A stretch of 64,000 bases of DNA, from contig CALIMM010000015.1 in NCBI GenBank assembly GCA_938045445.1, positions 122,648-186,647 of the forward strand, written 5' to 3'. This DNA is from an uncultured Candidatus Saccharibacteria bacterium (GTDB taxonomy: Bacteria > Patescibacteriota > Saccharimonadia > Saccharimonadales > Saccharimonadaceae). Position numbers and translations under genes: made by a program. Positions 62,472 to 64,000 of the stretch are shown in pieces (position 1 is the stretch's first letter; the number at the start of each line of letters is the position of its first letter). The notes below the pieces were generated by a model. It saw nothing but the letters and a program-made list of their open reading frames with translations. It had not been told where the DNA came from and searched no databases.

Positions 62472-64000
62472 TTATCCCTTATACATCGTGTGGTTTTTTA
62501 TCCAGCCACTGCCGCTGGTGATGAGCTGACTATTGCTACCATCAGTGATTTTGTCTGCTACGCTGGCGTAGGTGGGGATGGTGATCGTGAAGGTGGAACC
62601 CTCCCCTTCGCGGCTTACCACGCCAATCTGCCCACCGTGTGACTCGACGATCGCCTTGCTAATGTAGAGCCCAATACCCGTGCCAGCTACAGTTTCGCGG
62701 CTGCGGTGTGAGCGGTAGAACTTGTGAAAGAGATTGCCCATGACATTGGCGGGGATGCCGATGCCGTGGTCTTGCACCTTGATGGCAACAAATACACCGT
62801 CTTGTTCTGCTGAGACGGCTACGAGCCCGCCTTCGTTGCTATATTTGAGCGCGTTATCAATGATATTGCTTAGCACCTCAGATAGACTGGAGTGATCGGC
62901 CGCAATAGTGGGCAGCGTGGTGGGGATATCTACTGTGAGCTGGCGACCTTGGGTGGTGGCGCGCAGCTGCATGTCGTCGCGGATGATATTGTAGATACTA
63001 GCCACTGACTCTTCTGCTAGGTGGACGCGGAGGTGGCGGCGGTCGAACTTGCTGGCGTTGAGGATGTTGTTGACATAGCCACTGAGACGGTTAGCTGAGA
63101 CGACCAGCCGCCCTAGTAGCTCTTGCTGGTCGCCAGCCAGCGCTGGGCCAACCTCCTCAGTGAGGACATCCAGATAGCCACGAATAACGGTGATGGGCCC
63201 GCGTAGCTCGTGAGCGGCAAAGGCGATGAAATCGAGGTCATCATCCTCGGGCTGGTAGAGGGTGGTGCGATCGTGTAGCACCAGTATAACCTCGGCGCTG
63301 CTTCCCTTCTCATAATTGGCCGTAATGTCGAAGATACGCCGCCCAGGCTCACCCGCCAGCTTGTTTGCAATGCGCAGCCAGGTCTTCTCGGCGTGGACAG
63401 CGCTGCGGCGGCAGTGTGCCAGCCACTCCGTCAGGCCATCGCCTGGCTCGAATAACAGCTCGAGCTCGGCCGCACCATCATGGCTCTGGCGCAGTGGGGT
63501 GTGGCGGTTGTGGTAGCGTACTTGCCCCTGGCCAGTGAGGATGGCAATGCCAGCACTGGTTTGATCGAGCGCGGCCTCGATCTGGGCAGCTTGTGCTTGA
63601 ACCTGGCTCGGCGGGTTTTGGCCAGCTAGTGCAGCCGTCTGGTAGATGTATTGCAGTAGTGGTTTGAAGCCATCGCGCTCGAAGTGGGCTGCATTGGGGT
63701 TGGGTGGTGTGATGGTACTGGGCTCACCCGCCACGTGGCTGAGAGCATGCGTGAGGTCTTTGAGCGGGGTGAGTAGCTGCATGAGCAGGAAAATATTGAG
63801 TGGGATACTCGCCAATACTACAACCATAATGACCAGCCAAAACTGCAGCTGGCTAGGGTTTAGGCCAATCATCCACAGCGTACTCGCCACGAGCCCGGCA
63901 ATAGTGCACTGCATCAGGATACTCGCGCCAATAGCACGGCGACTATAGCGCGGCCAATATTGCTTAATAAGGGTGGGTGGACGATGAGGTGGTAATGGCC
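62472..64000 (-). CDS. Sensor histidine kinase (5' end probably outside the window)
   Basis: The H-box is FIAFAAHELRGPITVIRGY. The HATPase boxes are NIIDNALKYSN, DHGIGIP and GTGIGLY. The frame stays open upstream of ATG 63914 to the window edge (...KQYWPRYSRRAIGASIL-MQCTIAG...). Confidence 0.85.
   Translation of the reverse strand, partial: PLPPHRPPTLIKQYWPRYSRRAIGASILMQCTIAGLVASTLWMIGLNPSQLQFWLVIMVVVLASIPLNIFLLMQLLTPLKDLTHALSHVAGEPSTITPPNPNAAHFERDGFKPLLQYIYQTAALAGQNPPSQVQAQAAQIEAALDQTSAGIAILTGQGQVRYHNRHTPLRQSHDGAAELELLFEPGDGLTEWLAHCRRSAVHAEKTWLRIANKLAGEPGRRIFDITANYEKGSSAEVILVLHDRTTLYQPEDDDLDFIAFAAHELRGPITVIRGYLDVLTEEVGPALAGDQQELLGRLVVSANRLSGYVNNILNASKFDRRHLRVHLAEESVASIYNIIRDDMQLRATTQGRQLTVDIPTTLPTIAADHSSLSEVLSNIIDNALKYSNEGGLVAVSAEQDGVFVAIKVQDHGIGIPANVMGNLFHKFYRSHRSRETVAGTGIGLYISKAIVESHGGQIGVVSREGEGSTFTITIPTYASVADKITDGSNSQLITSGSGWIKNHTMYKG

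Overview
This 64-kb chromosomal window comes from a moderately GC-rich bacterium with a small-genome style. Several traits suggest a Saccharibacteria/CPR-like or actinobacterium-like lineage, by inference only: a reduced dcw cluster, a sigma-70-region-4/HARE-HTH protein, many P/T/A/Q low-complexity tails and pervasive leaderless starts. Core content: (1) a compact division/cell-wall cluster, mraZ-rsmH-ftsL-ftsI-mraY-ftsW-murG-(antisense insert)-ftsQ at 23.1-32.5 kb, preceded by an MraZ-box array and three DnaA boxes; (2) housekeeping genes hpt, NUDIX, rnhA, a SAM-I riboswitch plus metK, GH1, a yvcK-like gene, galU, topA, dprA, pth, der, a pseudouridine synthase and tRNA-Glu(UUC); (3) two two-component systems; (4) a Fur/Zur-type regulator divergent from a frameshifted CooC/MinD-like ATPase, ornithine-cyclodeaminase-family and ATP-grasp-like operon, with a CobW-type GTPase nearby. 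Accessory or unusual content: a secreted GH16+BNR-repeat protein and a bulb-type lectin; a DUF3800 gene; a PIF1-like helicase followed by an AT-rich Cys-His protein and a KwaB/DUF4868-like protein, which is my best candidate for an undescribed defence-type pair; a 625-nt hairpin-dense non-coding spacer between mraZ and rsmH; a 1.9-kb AT-rich ORF-free gap after ftsQ at a coding-strand switch; an orphan promoter-to-terminator unit beside dprA; and a roughly 60-nt intergenic repeat family. I found no rRNA, CRISPR array, transposase or integrase. All functional calls come from reading translated ORFs and motifs by eye, and none was verified by a database search.
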